Positions 1 to 10,873 of a stretch of DNA of 64,000 bases are shown in pieces. How positions within the stretch are numbered: position 1 is the first letter of the stretch; each line of letters starts with the position of its first letter. The notes below the pieces were generated by a model. That model did not search any database and was not told where the DNA came from. It worked only from the letters and a program-made list of their open reading frames with translations. The stretch comes from Cenococcum geophilum (Eukaryota), in assembly GCA_050273025.1 (NCBI GenBank), contig CP158635.1, positions 22,754,001 through 22,818,000 of the forward strand. The letters are read 5' to 3'. A program made the position numbers and the translations under genes.

Positions 1-600
1 CTTTGCGCGAGGCTCTACACGAAGCTCTACACGAAGCTTTGCACAAGGCTCTGCATGAGGCTCTACACGAAGCTCTGCACGAAGCTCTGCACGGAGCTCT
101 ATACGAAGCTCTGCGTATAGAGGCTCTGTACGAGGCTCTGCACGAAGCTCTACACGAGGCTCTGCACGAAGCTCTACACGAAGCTCTACACGAAGCTCTA
201 CACGAAGCTCTGCACGAAGCTCTACACGAAGCTCTGCACAAAGCTTTGCACGAGGCTCTACACGAGGCTCTATACGAAGCTCTGCGTACAGAGGCTCTGT
301 ACGAGGCTCTGCACGAAGCTCTACACGAGGCTCTGCACGAAGCTCTACACGAGGCTCTGCACGAAGCTCTACACGAAGCTCTGCACGAAGCTCTACACGA
401 AGCTCTACACAAAGCTCTGCACGAAGCTTTGCGCGAGGCTCTACACGAAGCTCTACACGAAGCTTTGCACAAGGCTCTGCATAAGGCTCTACACGAAGCT
501 CTGCACGAAGCTCTACACAAGGCTCTACACGAAGCTCTACGTACAGAGGCTCTGCACGAGGCTTTGCGCGACATACGGAGGCTCTACACGAAGCTCTGCA
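1..600. repeat. 12-bp tandem array (GAAGCTCTACAC-type)
   Basis: About 50 degenerate units; produces the HEAL-repeat ORF 3..626. Confidence 0.95.
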
Positions 601-914
601 TCGGGTCCCCGCTATATTCCCAATAGCCTCTACACGTGCCTCTGCCAAGTGTACCCCTTATCTATATACCTAGGTAGCCACCTTATTTTTTACCCTTCCT
701 TCCTTACATCCTCCCTACCTAGGGAGGCACCAGAACGGCAGCCAGCTGAGGACCGTCGCCAGAACCAGACGACCGTCGACCGTCGCCAGAGCCAGACGAC
801 CACCGTTCGAATATACAGCCAGCGAACGGCCGTAAAGAACGATTCGAATTAATACGATTAATCGATCAATCAAATCAGGCGGAGCCTTCGATCGGGCCGA
901 CCTTTCCCCCAAAT

Positions 915-1106
915 TACAGACAGGTAGGTATAGACAGTAGCACAGATAGGAGGCACAGACGGTAGGCACAGACGGTAGGTATAGACAGGTAGCACAGATA
1001 GGTAGGTACAGACAGGTAGGCACAGACAGTAGGCACAGACAGGTAGGCACAGATAGTAGGCATAGACAGTAGGCATAGGCAGGTACAGACAGACAGACAG
1101 ACAGGT

Positions 1107-1141
<35 letters not shown>

Positions 1142-1143
1142 CA
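915..1143. repeat. GACA/GGTA/GGCA low-complexity tract ending in a (GGCA)n microsatellite
   Basis: Directly visible; homologous to 36365-36730 on the other strand. Confidence 0.9.
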
Positions 1144-2499
1144 CTAGGCCTAGTTAGGAAATCGGTATACAGCCAGCAGATCGTTAGGAATACCGCCAAT
1201 TAATGATTTGGAGCCTTTATAAAGGGTATCCCCCTTATCTTAATTGCTTAATAAATAGCTCTATATTTTATATACTAGCGTCTATATATTGCTTGGCAGC
1301 ATCTACCTTAGTAACGCACAATGCTGAGACCTCCCGCAATATTCGCGAATATTAAACGCAGTCACTACGTGGCTAATTCGCTTTCAATATCGCTAAACTC
1401 ATTAATATTCATTATACATTTATTATCTATTTGTTTAAGAATTATTTTATAACGCTATTACCGCTTATAACTAACTAGGAGACTTATACGTGTGTATAAT
1501 CCTAATGAGCAAACCCACCTAGACGACCTACCTTAACTACACCATTGTCTATAACCGCTACACCCTCCTCTATTGGTTCTATAATGCCGTCCGAGGCTAA
1601 TATACGCGCCACTGCTGTAGAAGAGCGCGAAATTGCTAAAGAGTAAAGGGAACAAGCCTAAGATAAAAGGGAGATTTAGAAGTATAAGGAAGAGCGCAAA
1701 GCCCACCTAGCGGAAAAGGCTCGCTAGTATAAATACCACCTAGCTTAAATAGCTTAATTATAGTTAGGCTTGGCCGCTTCGGCCTTATAGGCCACTATAA
1801 TAGCTGCTATAGCTAATGTCCTTAGTAAGCCTCTCCCTCCTAGTATAAAGTCACTTAAACTCCGCCTTTCTGGCGTTACAAAAAGGGATTACCTGGATAT
1901 TTTTAAGGGTACCTTTAATCTAGTAAACCTCGCCCATCTTTAAGTCTATACCGCTTAAATTAAGATCGCTGATAAGATATGGATTAAGAATGGTACTCTA
2001 GTTATAAGGAAGGTAAAGGTAAATAGGAAGCTATTTGCAGATAAAGGCATTTAGTTTAAAGGTTTTACTAACTACATGGTTATTACTGGCACCCTCTATA
2101 CATGCCCGCTGGACCTTATTACTAGCATACTTCTCTAAATAAACATAATTTATACCTTATTAACCTAGTATATCTGGGTAGGTTATATACTCGACTTAGC
2201 ACTCGACTATTATACCTTTATAATAACCAATGGCTAACTAAAGCCTGCTAATTAGCAAATGCTAGCCTAGTATACAGTGCCATACCTTACGATGTCTAGT
2301 GCTATCGGCTTCGCCGCCTTAAAGAGACCTAGGTTAGATACCTCTTATACCTCTAATACCTGCTATAGGTTTAATAGTAGAGGCTGCGATAATATAGCTT
2401 GCAAATACCCGCATAAGTGCTTAAAGTATAGTAAAGATTATACTATATTATCTAAAGCTTGCGCCTAGGAATAGTAAGGCGAACCTTATAAAGTAGGGT

Positions 2500-4200
2500 C
2501 TAGCCTAATAACAACACTAACTTTAATTATACGCCTAGGACCTAGGCCTAATATGTTACTATTATTCTCTACCTTTATAGAGGCGAAGGCTCTCTACCAC
2601 TCTCTATTACCCCTAAGGATCTTAGCGTAGTACTCCCTTCTATTTAACTACCCGGGCAATTTACTAGCCACCTTAGTAGGTATCCTAACCTATAGCTATG
2701 AGATAGGAGCCAAGTTTATTCCTACCTTAAGATCTTATAGGAACCATAACTCCTCTTAGGATAACGCTGACCTTATCTCTAAGAAGATAATATCAGACCT
2801 TAAAAAAGGATATATTAGAATCGCGACAGGGCCTATTATAGTCTTACCTCTTAGCCTAGTGCTAAAATCGGATAGTGGATACCGCTGAATTTACGATCTC
2901 TCCTTTCTACTAGCATTTTTAGTTAATAACGCAATCCTAGAAGAATATGGAGCACTAGTATATACTATAGTTACCGCTATTTAAGCCCACGTTATTTCTA
3001 TAGGTTGTAGATATCTACTGCTTAAAAGAGATATTAAAGACGCGTTCCGTATAGTCCCCCTATCTTATAGGGCAAGAACATTAATAGGCTTCTCCTGGGA
3101 AGGTGTTACCTACTAGGAATACTGCCTATCCTTTAGTCTTCGAACTGCGCTGCTTATATTTAACCTCTTTGCGGAAGGCCTGCACTAAATACTCTATTTA
3201 TAACTACCTTATAAGGTAGAATACTACCTAGATAACTTTATCTTTATCCTTACCAACCTAAACAACTTAGCGGCTATCACCTAGACTTATATCTCTGTTA
3301 CTAACTCCCTAAGTATCCCTTAAAATGGCTCTAAAGACATAGTAGGAACTATTATTAAAGTTCTAGGATATACTATTAACACCATATAAATATAAACGCG
3401 ATTATTACTATAGAAACAATTACGTGCTATTAAGAAAGTCACTACCGCACTCTAATACGGCTTATTATTATTCCTTTAAGCCTAGTAGCTTACGGGCTAC
3501 CTTATATAGTACGCCTACGTAATTAGACTTAGTTGATCTTACTTTAGATCCCTTTAGATCTTTATTACTGCTTAGCCGGAGACTTTAGTAAATAAGTATA
3601 AACCTAGGTAATTTAGCACTAAGTTGCGAAGTGACTTATATATCTAGCTTAACTTACTTACTATAAGTAATAGGGTATTGTTCTTTAATAACGTTAAGCG
3701 TACCCGCATTTATCTTTTTACTAATGCCTCTACCCAGTTTGGGTTTAGCGGCTTTTACTTTTTTAAGGAACTTAAATATAAGGATGACTGGTAGTGGTAT
3801 ATAGCCAACCTCCCTTAATCTTAGGCGTTTAGTATATTGCCTAAGCCTAGTTAATAAGTAGACTATATTAATCCGAAAGAGATGCATACTATTACTTACG
3901 CATTTAATCTATAGTCTACCAACTGGTAGTATAGCGCGCTATCTATTCACACTAATAGTATAGTGGTTTACTAGAGCATTAAGAAGACTGTTATCCGTGG
4001 CGTAGTAAATAAATTGCTCCGCAAGATTATGCTAGCTGCTATAGCTTATAATATTATAATATCCGCGAAGTAGATCCTAGGTGATTTAAATAGCTTAGCT
4101 AATACACTATCTTAATTTTAAGCCGCGGCTATCTATTAGTTCTACCCATACTAGGCCCTTAATTTATTACTACTAAAGCTAATAAGTTTTTAATAGGTGC
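2500..4200 (+). pseudogene. Ngaro RT-RNase H ORF (RIP-destroyed)
   Basis: RT motifs at ~2840-3245 and RNase H motifs at ~3715-4115; many TAA/TAG stops; ends approximate. Confidence 0.85.
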
Positions 4201-5235
4201 CGTAAACCTAATAGACTACTTACAACCGCCTATAAACTTTAAAGATAATATTAACGCGCTATCCAACCTCTATGCGCTCCTTTTCTGGAACGGCCTTGCG
4301 CTAGTAACCCGTAGGAACTATTCCTTAGCAGTTAACAGCTGGGAGTTATACTGCGTACTTAAAGGAGTCTCCCCTTACCCAGCTAAGCCGCGTAAACTAG
4401 GCGAATGGATTGCCTACTATGCGTTCGGTACCTCCTAGCCATAGATAGGTAGGCTTAAGGCCAAAACCTTACGAGCCTACGTCTCCGTAATTCGCTTACG
4501 CCACGTAGATTACGGCATCTTAATTACAGTATTTAAGGATCCTATAGTACACCGATTACTCGCTAAAGTAGCCGCTATCTCTCCTTTAGCAAAAAAGGAT
4601 AAGCAACCTATTACTAGGGATATTCTAGCCTAGGTAATAACACACGGCCTATTGCTACTGGATATTAATACTAATGCCGTATTTACCCTTATATTTACTA
4701 GATTTCTATAGATAGGCAAGATTACGTATATTATAGCGGAGCTTAAGAACCGAACAACCTTCCTAGCAAAAAAGGCCACTTAATACAATATTACCTTTAC
4801 GCCTAGTGGAATAATATTCCGCCTTAAATAGAGCAAAGCCAACAAGTAACACTAGGGCGTTAACGTCGCTATCGCGGTAGTAGGCGGCCTATTATACCTA
4901 GTCGCTGCTATAATAAAGCTGTTTAATAGGGACCCTTAACCCCTTAACTCTCCCTTATTTAGTCTTAATGGTAAACCCTTTACCTCTTTAGGGGTTTATA
5001 AAATCCTTTTCTCCTATCTAGTAGCTGCTAGGATTAACCTAAGTAGTTACTTAAACTACTTCTTCCGCCAGGGCGCTGCCTAGTTCGCTAAAGATTTAGG
5101 GTGTTTACACTAGTAAATTTAGCAGCTAGGTCGGTAGTTATTAGAAGCCTTTCGCCTATATATTAGGACTAAGACTACTAACCTCCGTCACCTTAACTCT
5201 TACTTTTAGCGTGGTGTACCGCTCTTAGCGTAAGG
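4200..5235 (+). pseudogene. Ngaro tyrosine recombinase ORF (RIP-destroyed)
   Basis: FWNGLA..TRRNY at ~4285, FLR at ~4705, LKRSKAD at ~4825, HSFRQGAA at ~5057, GRW...Y at ~5130-5160. Confidence 0.85.
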
Positions 5236-5357
5236 ATTACTACGTAATAGGTTAAGATATTAAGAGGGCCGCTAAGGCGCTAGTGGTAAGCGAGCTAATA
5301 GCGATTTTCTATACCGGGCATGGAAAATCCTAATTGGTTGGCTTATAACTTAGGGTT

Positions 5358-5530
5358 GGCAGAATATAGCAGAATATAATAATATAGCAGAACTTGGCAG
5401 AATGCGATAATATGGTAGAATTTGGCAGAATGCGATAATATGGCAGAATTTGGCAGAATGCAATAATATGGCAGAATTTAGCAGAATGCGATAAGGTGGT
5501 AGAATTTGGCAGAATATAGCAGAATGCGGT
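5358..5530. repeat. 28-bp tandem repeat (GGCAGAATGCGATAATATGGCAGAATTT) in the Ngaro 3' region
   Basis: About 6 degenerate copies. Confidence 0.85.
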
Positions 5531-6451
5531 AATGTCTTATTGGGCGTAGGAGCTTTGCTTAGGGATATCTGGCCGCTTTAGGGCAAATCCTTAGCAGATT
5601 TAAGTGCTAGGAACTAGCAAAACTGCTAAGAACTAGCCCTAGAGCGACCTTATAGCCCTACACCTCCTAATTATATAAAAATTAAAATATCCCCTTACGT
5701 GACTGCGATAGATAGATACTAGCGTCTATATATTGCTTGGCAGCATCTACCTTAGCAACGCACAATACTAAGACCTCCTGTAATATTTGCGAATATCAAA
5801 CGCAGTCACTACGTGGCTAATTCGCTTTCCCTACCCACTATCCCTTGCACTCAGTATATATTATATATAAATAGCGCTTTAAGGTAATTCTTTAGTAGGT
5901 ACTAGGAACTAGTAAAACCACTAAGAGCTAGCCTTAATACGACCACTATAGTTAGATAGTCTTGTAGCTATAGGCTTACGGTCAGGGACATCTGGCCGCT
6001 TTAGGGCAAATCCTTAGCAGATTTAAGTGCTAGGAACTAGCAAAATTGCTAAGAACTAGCCCTAGAGCGACCTTATAGCCCTACGCCTCCTAATTATATA
6101 AAAATTAAAATATCCCCTTACGTAACTGCGATAGATAGATAGTTATATAGGAATATAAAATATGTAAAATATAAAATATATAAAATGTATAAAATGTGCA
6201 AAATATATAAAATATATAAAATATACAAAACGTGTAAAATATATAGGCTCTGCGCGTTTACTGCAAGTTGCTGTAAAATGCGCAGGCTCTGTGTAGTTTA
6301 TTGCAAGTTACTGCAAAATACGCAGGCTCTGTGCAGTTTGCCGCAAAATGCGTAAACTGCACAAGACCATATACGACTGCCGCGACCGTATAGTTTGCCG
6401 CAAATTGCCGCAAACTGCAACAACGAGCCCGAAATTTTTTTTCCTGATGTA

Positions 6452-7529
6452 ACCGTTAAGGATTAGCAGCCTATATCTGCTAACTGTATAAGCTTTAGTA
6501 TATTTATTAAAAACGTCCGTTAACCAGGTTAATCTAAGTTTATTAGTCGTCTAGCTATTCTCGCTAACTCCAATTATCTAATCTAGTGGTAGTAACCCGT
6601 CTTTATCCCTTCGCACGTTGGAGTCCTACACTTGGCGCCAAGCCTAGGAACATCGTACACACGGGCGCCCAACGGGCGCCTCTTATTGGCCAGGCCCTTA
6701 TCGATACCGTAGGACGCAAACCAACGTGCGAAGGGATACTAAGCCGCTTGATATATAACTGCCTTAAGGATAACTAGCGGAGGTAATATAAATCCACGTA
6801 TATTAACTGCCTTAATAACTATAACCCATTCTTAATTCCCTGGCTGTGTTATTACTGGACGGCCTTGCCTTTTAGATCCTATAATAACTTTTACGGTAGC
6901 TATTACGCCTATTTAGAAGCCAGTCTCGTCAAAGTTATAAATATCTTCCACTGCAATTCTATACTGCTTAATTGTGCTTTACACACGCCGAAACCACTTT
7001 TGGATTATACCTAGATCTTCGCATTTGGCCCGTTAATAGTTATACTTGCGGTTATATTTAGACTTAATTTTATTATAGCGGTTAATAAAGTTTTGTACCC
7101 AATTTTGGCCGACCGTTTACGGGGTAGTAGATTCCGACCGTTAAGCAAGAAGAAGGTCCGCTGACCTTTATATAGATGCTATCGTAGGCAGCATACCACG
7201 TTAATCCATAGATAAAATCCATTGTATTAGAGTTTCTTCCTTAGTAGAAGAAAGTTTACGGTTTAATGGCTAAGAATCACGTCGTGACTAAATACCGCGA
7301 GCGCGGCGTCGAACGGTCGTAATAGGGGCGTCATATGTGAGCGCAGCGGCTTGAAGGCTTTGAAATTGGCCTTTTTTAAAAGCTTGAATAGCTAGCTGAA
7401 CTCTCCCCTCCGTATAAGAGGAATCTTTAGATTGTGGTGTAGTCATTTTGGTAGTTGAATAAAGAGACGCGTCGCGTACAAAATGGGTCGACCACTCGCT
7501 TGTGTCGACCACTCGCTTGTGGATCACGT
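6452..7529 (-). mobile_element. Fot1/Pot2-like (pogo) DNA transposon, 5' part
   Basis: Terminus TA|ACGTGATCCACAAGCGAGTGGTCGACACAAGCGAGTGGTCGAC at 7529 with an internal direct repeat. N-terminal HTH (EGRVQLAIQAFKKGQFQSLQAAALTYDAPITTVRRR). DDE region SENGWTTNELGLTWL after de-RIP. Cut at 6451 by the TIR element. Confidence 0.88.
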
Positions 7530-7549
7530 TATCGTCTGGGACCGAGATA

Positions 7550-8440
7550 AGACTGCTTGCTTGGCTTGCTTGATTGGTAATCAAGTAAGCCAGCAAGCCA
7601 AAAGAGGGCCTGCTTGCTTGCTTGCCTGCCCGCCTAATAGGAAATATATATATAAAATTTTAGTAGAGATCTGAAGTTCGTAATAGATTTATGGAGTTGT
7701 AGATAAATGATTTTGGATATTTCTGAGTGTGCAAATGGAGCAAACAGGACTATTTAGGTAATACACCAGCCACGTGGCTTAAAGCTCTATCGACGCGTCG
7801 AATACGAAGCTTGGAAGACTCTGCCACCACCAGACGATCACCCATTGGCGAACGACTCAGCCGAAGCTCGCATGGGTGGCCCTTAACATATTGATTATAC
7901 TGGCTACAAGCGACGACTGCGGACGGGCGTTTAGTGAAGCTAGTGATCTACTAGAACCGCGTCTCTCGAAGCTTCGCCCTAATATTATTACTGCTTTATA
8001 GTGTAATCACAGCTATTTAAGAATGTGCTTCAAAGGATCTAGTAGATGAGGTAATAAGTTCACCGGGATTAGTATAACTAGTGGCTAACCGTTGGAGTTA
8101 ACAGGATCTTTCTACTGAAGCCTTCCTACTAAAACCTTCATTACCACCATGCCAAGCCTTAATAGACGCCCTTAGCCACGCGAACTTCCTTATTACGTTA
8201 TCTCTATGCTATCTTATATTATAATGACTATAAATTGGGGCTACAAGAGGAGCTTTTTGGCCAAATCGGTGGCTCGGAGGCTTGATTTTGTATATTACTC
8301 TAAAATATGTATAAAATCAAACAAGCCTTTAAGCAAGCCAAGCAAGCCGACTATTTCGACCTATTAAGCCAAGCAAGCCAGCTTCAGGTGCGAAAAGTTT
8401 CAAGCCAGCAAGCTAAGGCTTTCCGGCTTGGCTTGCTTGT
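7550..8440 (+). mobile_element. hAT-family deletion remnant
   Basis: ~7855-8020 reads PKLAWVALNILII.ATSDDC.RAFSEA.DLLEPR.SKLRPNII (hAT C-terminal dimerisation domain); AAGCAAGCC subterminal repeats at both ends; ends approximate. Confidence 0.7.
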
Positions 8441-9690
8441 TTAATAGCAAGTCTGATTAGTCCATATCAGGAATTTTGACGGTTTATATTTTAGGTGCAC
8501 CATATGGAGATTTTTAAAAGTAACCTCCCATGCCTGCCACGGAGGAGAGTCATCAGCTCTCCATAGCGATAATTGAGCCCCCCAGTCACGAAAATGGGTT
8601 GGGTCAGTGAAAATATATTCAATTATATGATCCTTGAATTCCATAAGCTGTAGAAGTCGTATTCGGCCCTCGGGGAAAGGGCAGATAACAAAGGCGGTGG
8701 CAGTACCGAATCCTGTAATGGTAATTCCAATGCGGGACACATTTCGTTCTTCCTCATCATGTTGCATAACATGTTCTTACAAAGAGGCTAGATCCTGCTT
8801 TCGGGTACATACCCCAACCGGGCAGTGTCAGTTTTCGTCGCACTTCCCAAGGACTTTGAAATGACCGCAATATGGCTTGCATGCGCCATGATCATGGTTG
8901 CGAATATGGAGCGCCAGCATATTGCATGAGATAGCAGTACGAGCTGAAAGGCATCCCGCTACAGGGCAAGCTGTTGAACGGACGATCAGGAATGAGAACT
9001 CTGTCTATTGAATGTGGCTCTAGAGCATCTATATATACATAAGGAAGGGGTAGTAGACTACATCGTTGACCGAGTCAGGGTAGGTAACTGAGACAGTAGT
9101 AAGACGGTAATAAGTAAGTCCAATTCAGGTCGACACAAGCGAACATCGTGTGCTCGTCGTGTGCAACGTTGACATGAGCCTTTAGTTTGTTTGATTGATA
9201 GAAAACTTTCGGCCCGCGGTGCTTGCAGTTAACGGTGGGGCAGTCGAACGTTTCCGTCCTCTCATGCATCTACATATGGCGTTGCAATAGGTAATTCTAC
9301 TTGAACGTCCTTTCCGAACGGCAGCCCGGAAAGTTACATTTGCGGCCTGTAAGATTTGTAAGTTCTTCAGAGTTTGGGATCGAGTTCGAATCTTCAATAG
9401 ATCTACTCTTTGGCTTGGTTTTAAGCACCACAGATCGATGTTTAGACATCCACTTACCCTAAGGCTGCTGGCAGGGCTTCCCACCATCGACGTCCACTAA
9501 TGAAACTAAAGTCTCCGGGGGCCGTTGGCGTTGCTATCACTTGGCCTGGCTCTCCGAACTGGGTATGAGATAGTCCAACTTGCCTGCATGCGGTGTCCAA
9601 CAAAGCAACACCACTGCGCCCTAACTGTGTTGCCATTGTACTGCCTGTGGAATACACATCTTGTAGATAGGCATGGCTTGCCACATCCGC
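8441..9690 (-). pseudogene. C2H2 zinc-finger protein pseudogene
   Basis: Frame CNFPGCRSERTFK*NYLLQRHM*MHERTETFDCPTVNCKHRG..FYQSNKLKAHVNVAH has two C2H2 fingers broken by in-frame TAG stops; a further CPVAGC...LALHIRNH finger lies at ~8900-8970; exon limits uncertain. Confidence 0.65.
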
Positions 9691-10873
9691 AGTAGAGATG
9701 TTGCCCGTTTAGTTTTGATGTAGCCTGACTTGCATTATTTCATGTCCCGGAATGTTTGGGGCATTTAATCGAAGCTATATGGACAAGCTGGGGAAGCAGA
9801 AAACCCTAGTTCACAGCCGCTGAACGACGATGTCAATGGAAAATAGGCTGTGTGAAAACCATCGATTGTTGCAGAATGCAGGCCAACATTAGGTGTTGCT
9901 TTAGTTAGTGTATTTTCTAGCCCTGGAGCCGGAGGCTAAAAATGAGGCTCATACAGTAACGTTATAGACTCTAAGTTTTTCGCTGAAACCAAAGCCAGAC
10001 TGGATTGTCGCCATTCGGTCAACCCCTGTCTTTTTTTTACTCACTCAAGATCGTCCTCCAATGAGATGTCCCAAGGGATTTGTGAGGCGTAATCGTGGCT
10101 CATTATGGGCCAATGATGGGGAGCAAACGAAAGCAAGGTGAAAAAGCGCGGTGGTTGGCAAGGATGAGCTGGCTGTCAGAGTCAGATTCCTCTAGTCGTA
10201 CCAAGGTGCGAAAGGCAGAATCTTTGGCTTTTGGAGAGTGGGAGATGCCCTTCTCTTATATTTCATGTATGACAGCTGCGGAGCCTCGCGCCCCGTTTAC
10301 TGGCCGGCTTGGAAGGGCGATCCAGGGCCGGCATTAGGTCTGTGCAAGCCTTGGTAATGTGGATAGAGATGAGGAGCTGGTGTCAGGCCCAGAGTTAAGT
10401 CCTGGTCTCTTCTTTCTTTTCCTATGTGCTGGCACCTTTCCTTCTTGAGTTATTTGTTCTCGAAGAGACGGTCAATTATTGATGCCTCAAATAAGAATTG
10501 CCAAGTGTACGCGCAATAATATCCTAAATAGGTTAGCGTGTGAAACCATACAAGAATGCGTTGCCTGCTTCCACATTGCTTTTATTGCTCTTCAAAGCCA
10601 AACTTCATCGTTTTGTATCCGCCTCCACCGATCCACCGCTCCATCGGATTCGGAGAGTAAATCGAGCGGTTATTTGAACCTTTCAAGTTATGTTTGACTG
10701 TACTTTTCGTCTCTGAAGAGAAGTCCTATGAGTGTCCTGCAAACTGCACAATATTGCAGCGTACTGAAACCACATTTCATGTATCCTTTAACTTACACAT
10801 TCAAATTACTCATTTTTCTAGTTATTAGGAGTGGTGGTATCATACAGCTTCACGGAAGTCCAGAAAGGTCACG

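Larger units (their letters stand above)
1272..6141 (+). mobile_element. Ngaro-type (DIRS order) tyrosine-recombinase retrotransposon, full length, RIP-inactivated
   Basis: Split direct repeats A1 1272-1385, B1 5561-5718, A2 5716-5829, B2 5984-6141. ATA occurs at both ends and at the B1/A2 junction. De-RIPed RT motifs SPLGLVPK...RIHDLS, KRDIKDAFR, LSFGLRTAP.IFN, YLDDF; RNase H FTDAS and NSLADALS; YR motifs GFLRMGE, HSFRQGAA, LGRWSSEAFRLY. Confidence 0.92.
1..6449 (-). mobile_element. Minisatellite-rich TIR element, copy 1 (other end outside window; interrupted by the Ngaro element)
   Basis: 1-1140 is the reverse-complement homolog of ~36360-37910 (12-bp array, unique spacer, 20-bp units, CCTA-rich tract). 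It ends TTTTCCTGATG|TA at 6449, matching the ATATTTTCCCGATG|TA terminus of copy 2, and sits in a Fot1-like transposase. Confidence 0.75.

Noticed and set aside
3..626. 207-aa HEAL-repeat ORF as a protein
   Set aside because: It is a translation of a 12-bp minisatellite within a TE; the second copy has variable unit lengths and frames.
715..1199. Cys/Leu-rich ORFs here and at 36418-36750
   Set aside because: Low-complexity microsatellite translations.
4200..5235. Starship captain or Crypton recombinase
   Set aside because: The YR follows RT/RNase H inside split direct repeats, so it belongs to the Ngaro element.
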